A stretch of 63,319 nt of DNA, counting the filler, from NCBI GenBank assembly GCA_964501035.1. It is 3 parts of 3 records of this genome, joined end to end, with 100 filler letters (N's around TTAATTAATTAA, not from the genome) between each part and the next. Parts side by side here need not be neighbours in the genome. Positions count along the whole stretch, not along the records: positions 1 to 22,323 come from CAZCRK010000021.1; 2 more parts are not named here. One strand, given 5' to 3'. Below are positions 1 through 11,078 of this stretch, piece after piece. Position 1 is the stretch's first letter, and every line of letters begins with the position of its first letter. The notes beneath the pieces are model-generated. The model searched no databases. It saw only the letters and a list, made by a program, of their open reading frames with translations, and was not told where the DNA came from. Position numbers and translations under genes: made by a program.

Positions 1-1161
1 AACTGTTCAGTTAGAGGAAGCAGACGGTGCTCCAGAAATTGGTTTCGAAAATTATGCATTTTTCTTATCTGATGACCGAACTAAAGGCTCAATGTGGGAT
101 TATTGGTTTTATGGAAATGCAGGATATGAATTCTTAAATCCAAATAATAATTCTGTAATTTTCAACTCATATTCACATCCAAATTCAAATACTGCTGAAG
201 GAATATCAAGTAATATTAAAATTGAAATCTTATCATCAATCCAAGATACTATGCGAGTTAAAATTTCAAGAGAAGAGTTAACTTCAATATTCTATCTAAC
301 TGAAAACAGTAAAGTAATTGGATCTGCTGAAAGTACAGTATATTATACCGTTGGGGATAGCATATATGTTTCAACTCCAAACTCAGTCGATACATTAACA
401 AGTTTAGAGTATGATCCAACCAAAATAATTTTAACATTTGCAGGCTTAGTCTATTACACAACTCAAGATTCAATTATTGCCGAATTTGACTCTACCCTTG
501 TGTCAAACGACGATGTATTTCCAATGGGGTATATTGATTCTGTTGAAAATTTTTCTTCAAATACTTATGCTCAAGCATTGGGAGATATTGATGGGGATGG
601 ATTAGATGAAATTATTACTGTTGATAATGGGGTGTTATCTATAGAAAATGCAAATGGAACAAGTGTAAATGGATTTCCAATATCTGAAGAATTTTATGGA
701 ATTCCATTAATTGCAAATATCAAGACGATTAATGAAAGTATCCCTGAAATTATTTGCCGAAATGGTGATCATATTTCGATAATGAGTAATAAAGGGGAAG
801 TTTTGCAGGAAATACCCTCAATTGACTATGATGCAGATTTATTGTTAATACCACATTGGGGAGCAGATTCTACAGTGTTAGTTGATGGAAATCGATTGAT
901 ACAATTTCCATTTGCTGCATCTCATTCATATTGGTTGGGTCCTTTTAGCCGACCGTCACACTACCCCTTAGTGACTGGAATCCATGGTGAAAATAATAAT
1001 TTAGATGAAACATCTTTCAGTAAAGCGTACAATTACCCCAATCCAATTACTGAAGGACAAACAACATTTAGATTTTTTACAACAAATGCTCAAACTGTAG
1101 TAATAAACATTTATGATGTTGCAGGTGTTAAAGTGGATGAACTTAGTAAAAATTCTCTGAC
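1..1161 (+). CDS. Partial secreted protein, probably the C-terminal part of an M6-family metalloprotease, with FG-GAP-like repeat and T9SS/FlgD-like C-terminal domain
   Basis: Frame is open from position 2 (TVQLEEADGAPEIG..., resembling the EADG motif of M6 proteases); GDIDGDGLDEI repeat; YNYPNP...TTFRF...INIYDVAG sorting-domain-like tail; truncated by window start and N gap. Catalytic motif is not in the window. Confidence 0.6.
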
Positions 1162-1261
1162 NNNNNNNNNNNNNNNNNNNNNNNNNNNNNNNNNNNNNNN
1201 NNNNNNNNNNNNNNNNNNNNNNNNNNNNNNNNNNNNNNNNNNNNNNNNNNNNNNNNNNNNN
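1162..1261. other. Assembly gap (100 N)
   Basis: Run of N. Confidence 1.
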
Positions 1262-1263
1262 TT

Positions 1264-4182
1264 CAAATTGCAAAAAGTTCATTTAATCATCCAGAACTAC
1301 AGTGGTACACTTTTGAAACTACTCATTTTATTTTTCATTATCATGATGAAACCGAACGAAGCGCACGAGAAGCTGCAACCGTCGCTGAAGCTGTGTATCA
1401 TCCCATTACAGATTTATATGATTTCGAACCGGATTCTAAAACCCATATAATTATTAAAGATACAGATGATTACTCCAATGGTGCTGCGTATTATTATGAT
1501 AACAAAATTGAAATTTGGGCTTTACCATTGGATTTTGATTTACGCGGAGCCCATCGATGGATTCAAGATGTAATTACCCATGAATTTACGCATATTATTC
1601 AGATTGGTGCATCCATGAAATATTCACGACGATTTCCTGGTGCATACATTCAAATGATGGGATATGAAGATGAAAAAAGAGATGATGTTCTGTATGGATA
1701 TCCGAATACAATTATTTCATATCCAATTCCAGGAACTGCTGTTCCACCTTGGCTAGCGGAAGGGACGGCTCAATTTATGTATCCTGGAGCAAATTTTGAT
1801 TATTTAGATTCCCATCGTGAAATGATTATTCGAGATAGAGTATTTCATAATAATTTACTTTCGTTTGACGAGATGAATACTTTTGGTAAAACAGGCATTG
1901 GAAATGAATCTACATATAATCAAGGATTTTCAATGGTAAACTATCTCGCTCAACAATATGGGGTGGATGTCCTAAAACAAATTTCAAATCATTTATCAAA
2001 TCCTTTTTCATATTCAATCAATAAAGCAATGAAAAATGCAACAGGCAAAACTGGGTATGAAAATTATTTAGATTGGGAACATTTTCTTCGCGATAAATAT
2101 GCAGAGTATTTTCTGTCAATAAAATCAAATGAAGTTAAGGGACATATTTTAGAAACGGAAGGCACTACAAATATTCATCCAGTGTGGGCACCCGATGGAG
2201 GACGTTTTGCATTTTTATCAAATAAGGGAAATGATTATTTTGGTCAAACCAATGTGTATATTTATTCAATATCAGATTCAACAAGTGAAATGGTGGCATC
2301 TGGAGTAAAAACTGCAGTAACTTGGATTGATGATTCCACAATTGTGTATTCGAAACGAAGCGAACCGAATACACGTGGGTCAAAGTATTTTGATTTATAT
2401 TCCTATAATTTATCATCAGAAGAAGAAGAGCGATTAACGTATGACTCTCGTTTGATTTCACCAACTTATAATCCTAAAACAAATAAGATTGCAGCAATTA
2501 CATCTTACGATGGGACATCCAATATTTGGATAAGTTCAATGGATTCTATACATTTTAAACCCATTACTCATGAGAAAGATGGAATTCAAATGTTTTCCTT
2601 ATCGTGGATAGAAAACGATTTATTTGTTGATGCTACAATTCATCATGAACGGCAATTGTATCAAGTCGATTTAGAATTTGGAAATTTGCATCTTGTTTCT
2701 AATAGCAGTTGGGATTCACGAGATTCTGAATATTTTCCTCAAGGTAAAATTTATGCATCAGATAAATCTGGTGTATATAATTTATATATTGAATCAGACC
2801 ATCTAAATGGATATGTTACCCATGTACAAGGTGGTGCATTTATGCCATCTGTTTCTATACATGGAGATATTGTTTATAGTGTGTATGATAATGCAAGTTT
2901 TAACATAGCTCTTATAAAACATAATGAAATATCAACGATTTCATCTGTTGGTTATGAAGATAATTTTTATATCAATAAACCCGACTCTGATTTAATTAAT
3001 ACTCAAAATACTTCAAAATCATATGCCTATGAAGATGAGATGTCAAAATTATTCTTCTTACCACGTTTGATGGTAGATTATAATACAATTAAGCCAGGAT
3101 TCTATACATTTGCTAATGATATTCTTGACAGACTAATGCTATTTGGAGGTGCATCAACTAATAAAGATAAAGATTTAGATTTATTTCTCATTTTAGAGTA
3201 TAAAAAATTCTTTTTAACATTATATTCAAATTTATTTTGGATTACTCGCCATACGTCAAGTGATTATTTTTACACAAATATCAATGGAGTTGAAGTTCCA
3301 AACATTCCAATTCATGCAGATGTTACTTTTCAGTTGTTTTCGAGTGAAATTGGAACTCGCTTTCAGTTTAAAGGGCATAAATTTAATGTGAATTATAATT
3401 ATTCAAACTATAGAGAACATGTAAATCAAGTTATAAAACAAACAATTGACTATAATAATGAGTTAACTCATAACACATTCATTGGAGATATTGCATTTGA
3501 TTATTTTAGAGGACATTCTTTTTCAATTCAATATAAATTAGATAAACGTAAAGCGCAGTATATGAAAAATATGTTGCCATCTAATGGGTATTCCATTGAT
3601 GCAAAATATTCCTATGAATTAAATAATTTTATGGACGGTTTTGCAATTAGTGAGGAATATAGTACTTTCGGGGCTAATTTTGTTCCAAATAATACTCAAA
3701 GATTGGAGGTTGATGTATCCAAGCATTTTACTTTGAATCCAAAAAAGAGAATAACTGCAACATTATCTTCCCATTTGGGTGTAATTTCAAATACTGAAAT
3801 TGATGATTTTTTCTATTTTTTTGGCGGTGGGAGACCAGGGATTAAAGGATATTCATTTTATGAAGAATCTTTAACAGGTCCAGGATTAATTTTGGGGTCT
3901 GGGTATGTTCGATATCCGTTACTACTCGAAGGAAATATCCCATTTGCTCAATTTAGTCTGCAAAATATTTCTCTTGGTGGTATTTTTCAAACAGGTGGTG
4001 TTTTTACAGATAATATTGACGATGTTCTAGATAATAGAAAAGCTTCTGTTGGGCTAGAAGTTCGGTTTAGTGGATATTCATTTTTTGCATATCCAACAGC
4101 ACTATCATATGAAATTCACCAGGCAATTAATGATAGTGTTGAACCCACGAAACAATATTTTAGTATTTTATTCGATTTTTAA
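1264..4182 (+). CDS. Outer-membrane protein: zincin (peptidase MA-like) domain + TolB/PD40-like beta-propeller + C-terminal beta-barrel-like region; 5' end lost in gap
   Basis: Frame is open back to the gap (QIAKSSFNHPELQWYTFETTHF...); HEFTH and PWLAEG motifs; PVWAPDGGRFAF propeller repeat; C-terminal YFSILFDF beta-signal. Confidence 0.75.
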   Translation, partial: QIAKSSFNHPELQWYTFETTHFIFHYHDETERSAREAATVAEAVYHPITDLYDFEPDSKTHIIIKDTDDYSNGAAYYYDNKIEIWALPLDFDLRGAHRWIQDVITHEFTHIIQIGASMKYSRRFPGAYIQMMGYEDEKRDDVLYGYPNTIISYPIPGTAVPPWLAEGTAQFMYPGANFDYLDSHREMIIRDRVFHNNLLSFDEMNTFGKTGIGNESTYNQGFSMVNYLAQQYGVDVLKQISNHLSNPFSYSINKAMKNATGKTGYENYLDWEHFLRDKYAEYFLSIKSNEVKGHILETEGTTNIHPVWAPDGGRFAFLSNKGNDYFGQTNVYIYSISDSTSEMVASGVKTAVTWIDDSTIVYSKRSEPNTRGSKYFDLYSYNLSSEEEERLTYDSRLISPTYNPKTNKIAAITSYDGTSNIWISSMDSIHFKPITHEKDGIQMFSLSWIENDLFVDATIHHERQLYQVDLEFGNLHLVSNSSWDSRDSEYFPQGKIYASDKSGVYNLYIESDHLNGYVTHVQGGAFMPSVSIHGDIVYSVYDNASFNIALIKHNEISTISSVGYEDNFYINKPDSDLINTQNTSKSYAYEDEMSKLFFLPRLMVDYNTIKPGFYTFANDILDRLMLFGGASTNKDKDLDLFLILEYKKFFLTLYSNLFWITRHTSSDYFYTNINGVEVPNIPIHADVTFQLFSSEIGTRFQFKGHKFNVNYNYSNYREHVNQVIKQTIDYNNELTHNTFIGDIAFDYFRGHSFSIQYKLDKRKAQYMKNMLPSNGYSIDAKYSYELNNFMDGFAISEEYSTFGANFVPNNTQRLEVDVSKHFTLNPKKRITATLSSHLGVISNTEIDDFFYFFGGGRPGIKGYSFYEESLTGPGLILGSGYVRYPLLLEGNIPFAQFSLQNISLGGIFQTGGVFTDNIDDVLDNRKASVGLEVRFSGYSFFAYPTALSYEIHQAINDSVEPTKQYFSILFDF

Positions 4183-5120
4183 TGATGAAGAATTACATAA
4201 TATTAATTAGTATTGTTTTTGCTTTTGGCTATGGCCAATATTCCTCTATTGAGTTGAAATTTGCGGAAATGCTTGAAGATACATACAGTGTAAGTTTAGA
4301 TGATAATTATATTGGGAATAAAAAATCACCCTTGTTAGCAATGGCTTGCTCGGGTATTCTCCCTGGTGCTGGTGAAGTGTATATGGAAAAATGGCCACGA
4401 GCAATTGTATTTGGTTTAATTGAAGTGTTTGCGTGGACAAAATACTTTGAAAAACAAAAATTGGGAGATAGGTATACATTAGATTATCAATTATATGCAC
4501 AAGACCATTGGAGTTTTGCCCAATGGACATCAAGTTATTATAACTGGAACAATGTTGATAATGAATATTACGAAGTGTTTTCTAATCATGAAACAGGTAA
4601 CTATTTTGAAATTTGGGAAGATAGCCATCATTTAAATTTTAGATGGGGTGATCAACAAACTATTGTAAGTTCAAGTAGTGATACTTTTGAAGGAATTTAT
4701 ACTCAAAATGGGTTAGGGAATATTGATTCGGCTATTGCATTTGTTGAATCAAACAATGTTAAGGTAGAATTTGATCATCACTTTTATGAGAATATTGGGA
4801 AATATGATCATTTTTATGCAGGGTGGGATGATAGTGATTCCATTTATGTTGAAACAAAAACTAATGGTGTTCAAAATGCATTTTCACCTCATAAAAAATA
4901 TTATCAACAAACATTACGAACACGTGCAAATGATACGTACGAGTTAGCGGAAATTGCATTAAAAGGTATATTAGCGAATCATGTTGTAAGTATGTTAGAT
5001 GCTCTTATTTTAGCCAAACTTTGGAATAATAAAAGGGGTCATACAATCTCTGCAAATACATATTACGATTATAAAAATCCATGGGGAGTGGGTGGTGTTA
5101 CAGTATCAATTAGGTGGTAA
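4182..5120 (+). CDS. Conserved exported hypothetical protein (DUF5683-like)
   Basis: Signal peptide; KKSPLLAMACSGILPGAGEVY motif; C-terminal VTVSIRW. Confidence 0.6.
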   Translation: MMKNYIILISIVFAFGYGQYSSIELKFAEMLEDTYSVSLDDNYIGNKKSPLLAMACSGILPGAGEVYMEKWPRAIVFGLIEVFAWTKYFEKQKLGDRYTLDYQLYAQDHWSFAQWTSSYYNWNNVDNEYYEVFSNHETGNYFEIWEDSHHLNFRWGDQQTIVSSSSDTFEGIYTQNGLGNIDSAIAFVESNNVKVEFDHHFYENIGKYDHFYAGWDDSDSIYVETKTNGVQNAFSPHKKYYQQTLRTRANDTYELAEIALKGILANHVVSMLDALILAKLWNNKRGHTISANTYYDYKNPWGVGGVTVSIRW

Positions 5121-5121
5121 A

Positions 5122-5895
5122 ATGAAAAAAACATTAATTATTTGGATAGTGTTAATTTTAACTGGATGTGGATCCAAACAGGTTTCATTTGAGGATGATC
5201 TCAATATTCGGTTTGCTAAAGCGATTGCATATTTTGAAAAAGGTAAATATACACGAGCAAATGAAGAATTTCAATTTATAGTTATGAATAATCCTGGTTC
5301 ATCAAGAGCTATTGAATCACATTTTTATCTTGGCGAATCATATTTTAAACTTAAATCTTACTCTGAAGCAATGGTTGAGTTTGACAGGTTTGCTAGAGAT
5401 TCACAAGATATTCAAAAAGTTGAAGATGCACGATTCAAAATTTGTGAATGTGCTGTTAATTTAAGCCATGGATTTGAAAAAGATCAAACATCTACGCATG
5501 CTGCTCTTGATAAGTTACAATACTTTATTGAAGATTATCCAAATCACGACAATACTAAGAAGGCTGAAGCATTGATTGATGAACTTCGAGATAGGTTGGC
5601 TCAAAAGAGTTATGAATCGGCTCGACTTTATTTAAAATTAGAGGAGTATGATTCTGCTCATTTGTATTTTAATGAGGTACTTGAACATTACTATGATACA
5701 AAATTTGCAGATGAAGCTCGTGTGGCCATAATATTTACCTATATTTTAGAAGGGAATAGAGATATGGCAGAGAAATACTTACAATACAACAAAACTAGTT
5801 TTGAATCAGCTGATAAATTTCAAGAAGCAAGTCTGCTTTTTGAAAAAACAGAAAATGGTTTATCAATGTCTGATTACATTCGTTTGTATAAGTGA
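5122..5895 (+). CDS. bamD: Outer membrane protein assembly lipoprotein BamD
   Basis: ATG 5122, lipobox LTGC, TPR repeats, DQTST..A...F...YP and RLAQKSYESARLY motifs. Confidence 0.9.
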   Translation: MKKTLIIWIVLILTGCGSKQVSFEDDLNIRFAKAIAYFEKGKYTRANEEFQFIVMNNPGSSRAIESHFYLGESYFKLKSYSEAMVEFDRFARDSQDIQKVEDARFKICECAVNLSHGFEKDQTSTHAALDKLQYFIEDYPNHDNTKKAEALIDELRDRLAQKSYESARLYLKLEEYDSAHLYFNEVLEHYYDTKFADEARVAIIFTYILEGNRDMAEKYLQYNKTSFESADKFQEASLLFEKTENGLSMSDYIRLYK

Positions 5896-6452
5896 AAATA
5901 TTTTTTTTTGGAGGCACATTTGACCCACCCCATTTGGGTCATCAAAAAATTGCTGAATATTGTTGCAAGATAGCTGATAAATTTATTTTTATACCCGTAA
6001 AACAATCTCCACATAAACATAACAAACCAATTGCAACTGACCAACAACGAATTGAAATGTTAAAAAAAACTGTCAATTCGCCTAAAATTGAAATTGATAA
6101 ATTTGAGTTAAATTCACTTAATCCAAACTATACTATACATACCATTCATTATCTAAAACAAAAATGGAACGAAGCTGAATTAACTATGGTAGTAGGTGAA
6201 GATCAATACAATTCGTTAGAAAAATGGTTTAAAATAGAAGAAATTCGAAAATATGTACAAATTATTTGTTTTCATAGAGATGGCCATAAACCATTGCAAT
6301 TGTTAGATAAAAAGGATGAATTTATAAGTGATTTTAAGGTTAATATTTCTTCAACTGAATTAAGAAAATCTTTGATTGATAACAAAAATATAGAGTTAAT
6401 GATAAATCAAGATGTACTTTCTTACATAAGGGAAAATAAGCTGTATTTATGA
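5892..6452 (+). CDS. nadD: Nicotinate-nucleotide adenylyltransferase
   Basis: GGTFDPPHLGH and ISSTELR motifs. Confidence 0.93.
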   Translation: MKIFFFGGTFDPPHLGHQKIAEYCCKIADKFIFIPVKQSPHKHNKPIATDQQRIEMLKKTVNSPKIEIDKFELNSLNPNYTIHTIHYLKQKWNEAELTMVVGEDQYNSLEKWFKIEEIRKYVQIICFHRDGHKPLQLLDKKDEFISDFKVNISSTELRKSLIDNKNIELMINQDVLSYIRENKLYL

Positions 6453-7375
6453 GTGAGTTTTTATACATTTTACAATTCATTGGTGGTTCAATATTTCTAT
6501 ATTTCGGTGCAGAATATTTAATTGAAAACAGTAAAAAACTAGCAAGTCATTTTAAAATATCTCCAATAGTTGTTGGAATAACTATAGTTGCATTTGGAAC
6601 TTCCTTGCCGGAATTAGTTGTAAGTATATTGGCTAATTTTAAAAATGAACCAGGTATTGTACTTGGAAATATCATTGGATCAAATATTGCTAACATTGGT
6701 TTGGTTTTGTCAATCACAGCTATCATTTATCCAATTGTTTTTACATTTTCAAAAATAAAAGTAGATTTATTATTTCTCTTAACAATTACGACCATGCCAT
6801 TAATATTTATTGTAAATGGGCATCTAACAGCTTTTCAAGGGATTCAGTTGTTTATAGTGCTAGGTTTTTATGTGTATTACTTAGTTAAACGAGATTCAGA
6901 TATTGATTTAGATGAGCCAAAGAAGGCATTTTCATTGTCAGTACCTTTTTTTATAATTTTTAGTATAACAGGTTTAGCATTTGGCTCTCATTTTTTTGTA
7001 GAAGGAGCCATAGGTATTACTAAAATATTAGGGGTATCATCAATTACTGTTGGAATGACGATAGTTGCTATAGGTACTTCCCTTCCTGAATTAGCAACAT
7101 CTGCGATCGCTGCCAAGCAAGGAAACTCTGCATTTGCAATAGGTAATATAATTGGTTCAAATATTATGAATATTGTTGCAGTATTAGGTTTGACGATTAT
7201 AATTAAACCTATTGAAGTAACTTTTGCAGATGTATGGATTCAGTTAAGCATGATGTTGGGGCTCACCATGTTGCTTTTGATTATTTTACGTGTTAAAAAT
7301 GGAATTAGCAAGAATGTTGGTTGGTGTTTATTGGTTGCTTATTCTATATTTTTCTATTTGAATTTTCTACAATGA
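6449..7375 (+). CDS. Calcium/sodium antiporter (YrbG family)
   Basis: Two GTSLPEL...GNIIGSNI alpha repeats, multiple TM helices. Confidence 0.93.
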   Translation: MSEFLYILQFIGGSIFLYFGAEYLIENSKKLASHFKISPIVVGITIVAFGTSLPELVVSILANFKNEPGIVLGNIIGSNIANIGLVLSITAIIYPIVFTFSKIKVDLLFLLTITTMPLIFIVNGHLTAFQGIQLFIVLGFYVYYLVKRDSDIDLDEPKKAFSLSVPFFIIFSITGLAFGSHFFVEGAIGITKILGVSSITVGMTIVAIGTSLPELATSAIAAKQGNSAFAIGNIIGSNIMNIVAVLGLTIIIKPIEVTFADVWIQLSMMLGLTMLLLIILRVKNGISKNVGWCLLVAYSIFFYLNFLQ

Positions 7376-7402
7376 TACTATTAAAAACGTGTAATTTAAA
7401 AG

Positions 7403-8056
7403 ATGATTAAGTTTGACAATGTAACCGCAACCTACAAAGAAAATGTGGGAATTTTTGATTTATCATTTGAACTCGAAGGTGGAGAATTTGTTTTTATCAT
7501 GGGTCCAACTGGTGCAGGCAAATCTACTGCATTAAAAGCGGTGTATAAAGATATTCCAGTTCAGCAGGGTAAACTTTTAATTGACGGTAAGGATGTTACC
7601 AAAATCAAAAAACGGAATATTCCATTTTTTAGGCGAAACATTGGAATGATTTTTCAAGATTTTAAATTATTAACCGACCGTTCTGTTTTTGACAATATTG
7701 CTTTACCTCTTAGAATCATTGGAACTCCCACAAAACAAATCAAGTTGAAGGTTCCTGAAATTTTAGAAAAAGTAGATTTAAAAGGGATTGAAAATACATT
7801 TCCATTAGAATTAAGTGGTGGTGAACAACAACGAGTATGTATTGCACGAGCATTAGTGAAAGAACCTAAAATTATTTTAGCGGATGAACCAACAGGAAAT
7901 TTAGACCCCAATGTTTCGGATGATATTATTGATTTATTGGAAATTGCAACAGATTCAGGTGCTGCTGTTTTAATGTCAACGCACAATTTTCCATTAGTGA
8001 GACCCAGACTAAAACGATTTATTGAGTTAAATAAAGGCAGAATGGTTGTTTCATGA
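7403..8056 (+). CDS. ftsE: Cell division ABC ATPase FtsE
   Basis: GPTGAGKST, LSGGEQQR, IGMIFQDFKLL, ADEPTGNLD; adjacent to ftsX. Confidence 0.92.
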   Translation: MIKFDNVTATYKENVGIFDLSFELEGGEFVFIMGPTGAGKSTALKAVYKDIPVQQGKLLIDGKDVTKIKKRNIPFFRRNIGMIFQDFKLLTDRSVFDNIALPLRIIGTPTKQIKLKVPEILEKVDLKGIENTFPLELSGGEQQRVCIARALVKEPKIILADEPTGNLDPNVSDDIIDLLEIATDSGAAVLMSTHNFPLVRPRLKRFIELNKGRMVVS

Positions 8057-8919
8057 ATAGATTGTTGTATTTGATAAATGATAGCGTAAAAGCTTTGTTT
8101 CGAGCAAAAGTACCTGCACTTATATCATCATTTACAATTTCAATCACGCTTATTGTTTTTAGTCTAGCATATTTTACATATATAAACCTTGTTGATTTTT
8201 CTTATCGTTTTAAAGAACAATATCAAATAGAAGTTTTTTTCTTCAGTGATATTTCACATAATGAAGCAATTGATACATTTAATGATATTTTATTGATTGA
8301 TGGTGTAGAACAGGGCGAGTTTATTGATAAAGACAAGGCATCAAGTATTTTTAAAAACTATTTTAAGGAAGATATCGTTCAAATTATTGGCACAAACCCA
8401 CTCCCTATGGGTGGAAGTTTTGAAATTGACAAGCAATTTAGAAATCAAGATAGAATGTTTAAGATTACAAAGAAAATTCGTCAGTTTGAAAACGTTGAAA
8501 CTGCTTCATTTAAACAAGGTATGATTACTAGAATAGATAAAATTGTTAAAAACGTTTTGGCAATTAGTTTATTAGTTGGGTTTTCGATATTTATTGTAGC
8601 AATTATATTAGTTTCTAACACAATTCGTTTAATTATTCATGCAAAACAAACTCATGTTGAAACACTGCACTTGTTAGGAGCAACGAATAGTTTTATACGG
8701 TTTCCATTTATTTTTGAGGGTGTTTTACAAGGGTTGATTGGAGCTTTACTATCAATTTTTATTTTGTATATGTTCAATACACTTCAATTGTATATATCAG
8801 AAACATTTAACTATGAGTCAATATTCCGCCAAGATTATATAATAATTCTAAATGTCATTTTAGGGATGCTACTTGGATTTATCGGTAGTTACCGTGGAAT
8901 TTCTAAATATCTTAGATAG
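8053..8919 (+). CDS. ftsX: Cell division permease FtsX
   Basis: NPLP, VSNTIRL, LLGATNSFIRFPFIFEG; four TM segments. Confidence 0.92.
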   Translation: MNRLLYLINDSVKALFRAKVPALISSFTISITLIVFSLAYFTYINLVDFSYRFKEQYQIEVFFFSDISHNEAIDTFNDILLIDGVEQGEFIDKDKASSIFKNYFKEDIVQIIGTNPLPMGGSFEIDKQFRNQDRMFKITKKIRQFENVETASFKQGMITRIDKIVKNVLAISLLVGFSIFIVAIILVSNTIRLIIHAKQTHVETLHLLGATNSFIRFPFIFEGVLQGLIGALLSIFILYMFNTLQLYISETFNYESIFRQDYIIILNVILGMLLGFIGSYRGISKYLR

Positions 8920-8948
8920 TTACTTTTAATTTAATAATTAATATCATA

Positions 8949-8981
8949 TTCTTGTAATGATTTTACAAGAAATCGTAAATT
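8949..8981 (+). promoter_or_regulatory. Candidate grpE-dnaJ promoter (TTGTAA-N18-TAAATT) overlapped by a 9-bp inverted repeat
   Basis: TTCTTGTAA-tgatt-TTACAAGAA at 8949-8971; TAAATT at 8976-8981. Confidence 0.45.
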
Positions 8982-9016
8982 CAAAGTCTATTTTCAGTAA
9001 TAAATATTTAGGTTAG

Positions 9017-9574
9017 ATGACAAAGAAATCAAAAACATCAGATAAAGTGACTCCAAAAGTCAAAAAACAAGCTAAACCAAAAACCAAAAAACAAACTGAG
9101 TTAGATAAATTAAAGACTCAGGTTAAATCACTTGATGCACAGATAAAAGAAGTATCAACTGCACTTGAACATTCTAAGGATAAAAATGTTAGGTTGTTAG
9201 CTGAGTTTGATAATTACAAGCGCCGCACCCAAGATGAAAAACATAACTTGTTTAGATATTCAGGTGAAAAAATAATTAAAGATATACTCCCTGTACTTGA
9301 TGACTTGCATCGAACCGTTGAAGTTGAATCATCTGAAAAAAATTCTGTTATAGATGGTATAAGATTAATAATCAATAAACTCGATAAAGTTTTAGAAGAA
9401 AATGCAATAACTCCATTTCATTCAATTAATGAAATTTTTGACCCAGAAATACATGAAGCATTAATGAGTGAAGATTCTGATAAAGATGAAGGTGTCATAT
9501 TAAAAGAATTTGAAAAAGGGTATAAATATCACGAAAAAATTATTAGACATGCTAAAGTTGTGGTGAGTAAATAG
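9017..9574 (+). CDS. grpE: Nucleotide exchange factor GrpE
   Basis: [23 protein letters not shown]...IIRHAKVVV. Confidence 0.95.
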   Translation: MTKKSKTSDKVTPKVKKQAKPKTKKQTELDKLKTQVKSLDAQIKEVSTALEHSKDKNVRLLAEFDNYKRRTQDEKHNLFRYSGEKIIKDILPVLDDLHRTVEVESSEKNSVIDGIRLIINKLDKVLEENAITPFHSINEIFDPEIHEALMSEDSDKDEGVILKEFEKGYKYHEKIIRHAKVVVSK

Positions 9575-10680
9575 TGAGAGATTATTATGATATATTAGGC
9601 GTGTCTAAAGGCTCTTCTGAGAGTGAAATAAAACGTGCTTATCGAAAAGTTGCTATGAAATATCATCCAGATAAAAACCCTGGAGATAATAACGCTGAAG
9701 CAAAATTTAAGGAAGCAGCAGAAGCATATTCTGTACTTAGTGATAGCAACAAAAAAGCGAGATATGATCAGTTTGGTCATGCCGGTGTAAATCAAGCTGA
9801 AGGTGGTCAATATTCGCATATGGATATCAATGATATCTTTAGCTCATTTGGTGATATTTTTGGTGGAGGTGGCGGATTTAGTGATTTCTTTGGTGGAGGT
9901 CAACAGCGCCAGAGAGGTGGACCTCAACGAGGGAGCGATCTTAAAATTTCTATTTCTTTAACCTATGAAGAAATTTTTTCTGGTGCATCTAAAACTATCA
10001 AAATAAAACGGATGGAACGATGTGGTGATTGTTCAGGTTCTGGTGCTAAAAAAGGATCACAACCTGTAAACTGTCCATCGTGTGATGGATCTGGAGAAAT
10101 TAGAAGGGTGCAGCGATCTTTTTTAGGACAAGTAGTAAATGTTCAACCTTGTCATCATTGCAGTGGACGAGGTCAAGTTGTATCTAATCCTTGTAGAAGT
10201 TGTAGGGGTAATGGGAGTACTAAAAATACTGCAACTGTGGAAATAGAAATCCCTGCTGGTGTAACAAAAGGAAATTACATGACTCAACCAGGAAAGGGAA
10301 ATATTGGAGGATATGGAGGACCAGCAGGCGATTTAATCATTTATTTTGATGAAAAAGAACATCAACTTCTAGTCAGAGATGCTGATGATGTATTAATTGA
10401 TTGTTGGATTCAATACCCTGATGCAGTCTTAGGTACATCCATTGAAGTACCTACCCTATCTGGAAAGGTTCAATTAAAGATTCCTGCTGGAATTAAAAGT
10501 GGACAAGTGTTACGTTTACGTGGAAAGGGATTTCCAATTTTGAACAGGAATCGCAACGGTGATCAACTTGTAAAAGTTAATATCATTACTCCTGTTAAAT
10601 TTTCAAAAAATACCAAAAAGGTTATCCAAGAGCTTTCATCTGAGCTAGGTAAAGAGCCAGAATTTAAGAAATTCTCATGA
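9574..10680 (+). CDS. dnaJ: Chaperone DnaJ
   Basis: J domain with HPD, G/F-rich region, four CxxCxGxG zinc motifs. Confidence 0.97.
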   Translation: MRDYYDILGVSKGSSESEIKRAYRKVAMKYHPDKNPGDNNAEAKFKEAAEAYSVLSDSNKKARYDQFGHAGVNQAEGGQYSHMDINDIFSSFGDIFGGGGGFSDFFGGGQQRQRGGPQRGSDLKISISLTYEEIFSGASKTIKIKRMERCGDCSGSGAKKGSQPVNCPSCDGSGEIRRVQRSFLGQVVNVQPCHHCSGRGQVVSNPCRSCRGNGSTKNTATVEIEIPAGVTKGNYMTQPGKGNIGGYGGPAGDLIIYFDEKEHQLLVRDADDVLIDCWIQYPDAVLGTSIEVPTLSGKVQLKIPAGIKSGQVLRLRGKGFPILNRNRNGDQLVKVNIITPVKFSKNTKKVIQELSSELGKEPEFKKFS

Positions 10681-11069
10681 AAATATTTACCAAAGTAGAA
10701 CGTAATATTGTTGTATTTTTATCGGGCATATTTCTACTTGGTTTATTGATTTCAGCAATAAAAGGTAAATTTTTCAACAATAAAAATGATGGATTAACTT
10801 TGGTTGCTAAAGATGAAGAGGTTGCAAAAATCATTTCATCAAATAACAGCAATACTGATGAAATCTACCATAAGATTGATATTAATTCTGCTGATATTGA
10901 TTTACTAGTTACATTAAAGGGTGTAGGTCCTAAAACAGCAGAAAAAATTATTGAAAAAAGAGAAAAGTTAGGTGGATTCAATAAAATTGAAGATATCTTA
11001 CAAGTATCAGGAATTGGTCAGAAAACATTTGATAAATTTTCAGATTATATTATTGTTAATAAACAATAG
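10677..11069 (+). CDS. comEA: ComEA-family helix-hairpin-helix DNA-binding protein
   Basis: N-terminal [30 protein letters not shown]. Confidence 0.88.
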   Translation: MKIFTKVERNIVVFLSGIFLLGLLISAIKGKFFNNKNDGLTLVAKDEEVAKIISSNNSNTDEIYHKIDINSADIDLLVTLKGVGPKTAEKIIEKREKLGGFNKIEDILQVSGIGQKTFDKFSDYIIVNKQ

Positions 11070-11078
11070 GAGGTTAGT

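Noticed and set aside
92..1450. 452-aa ORF spanning the first N gap
   Set aside because: Artefact of translating through Ns; sequence after the gap belongs to the next gene in a different frame.
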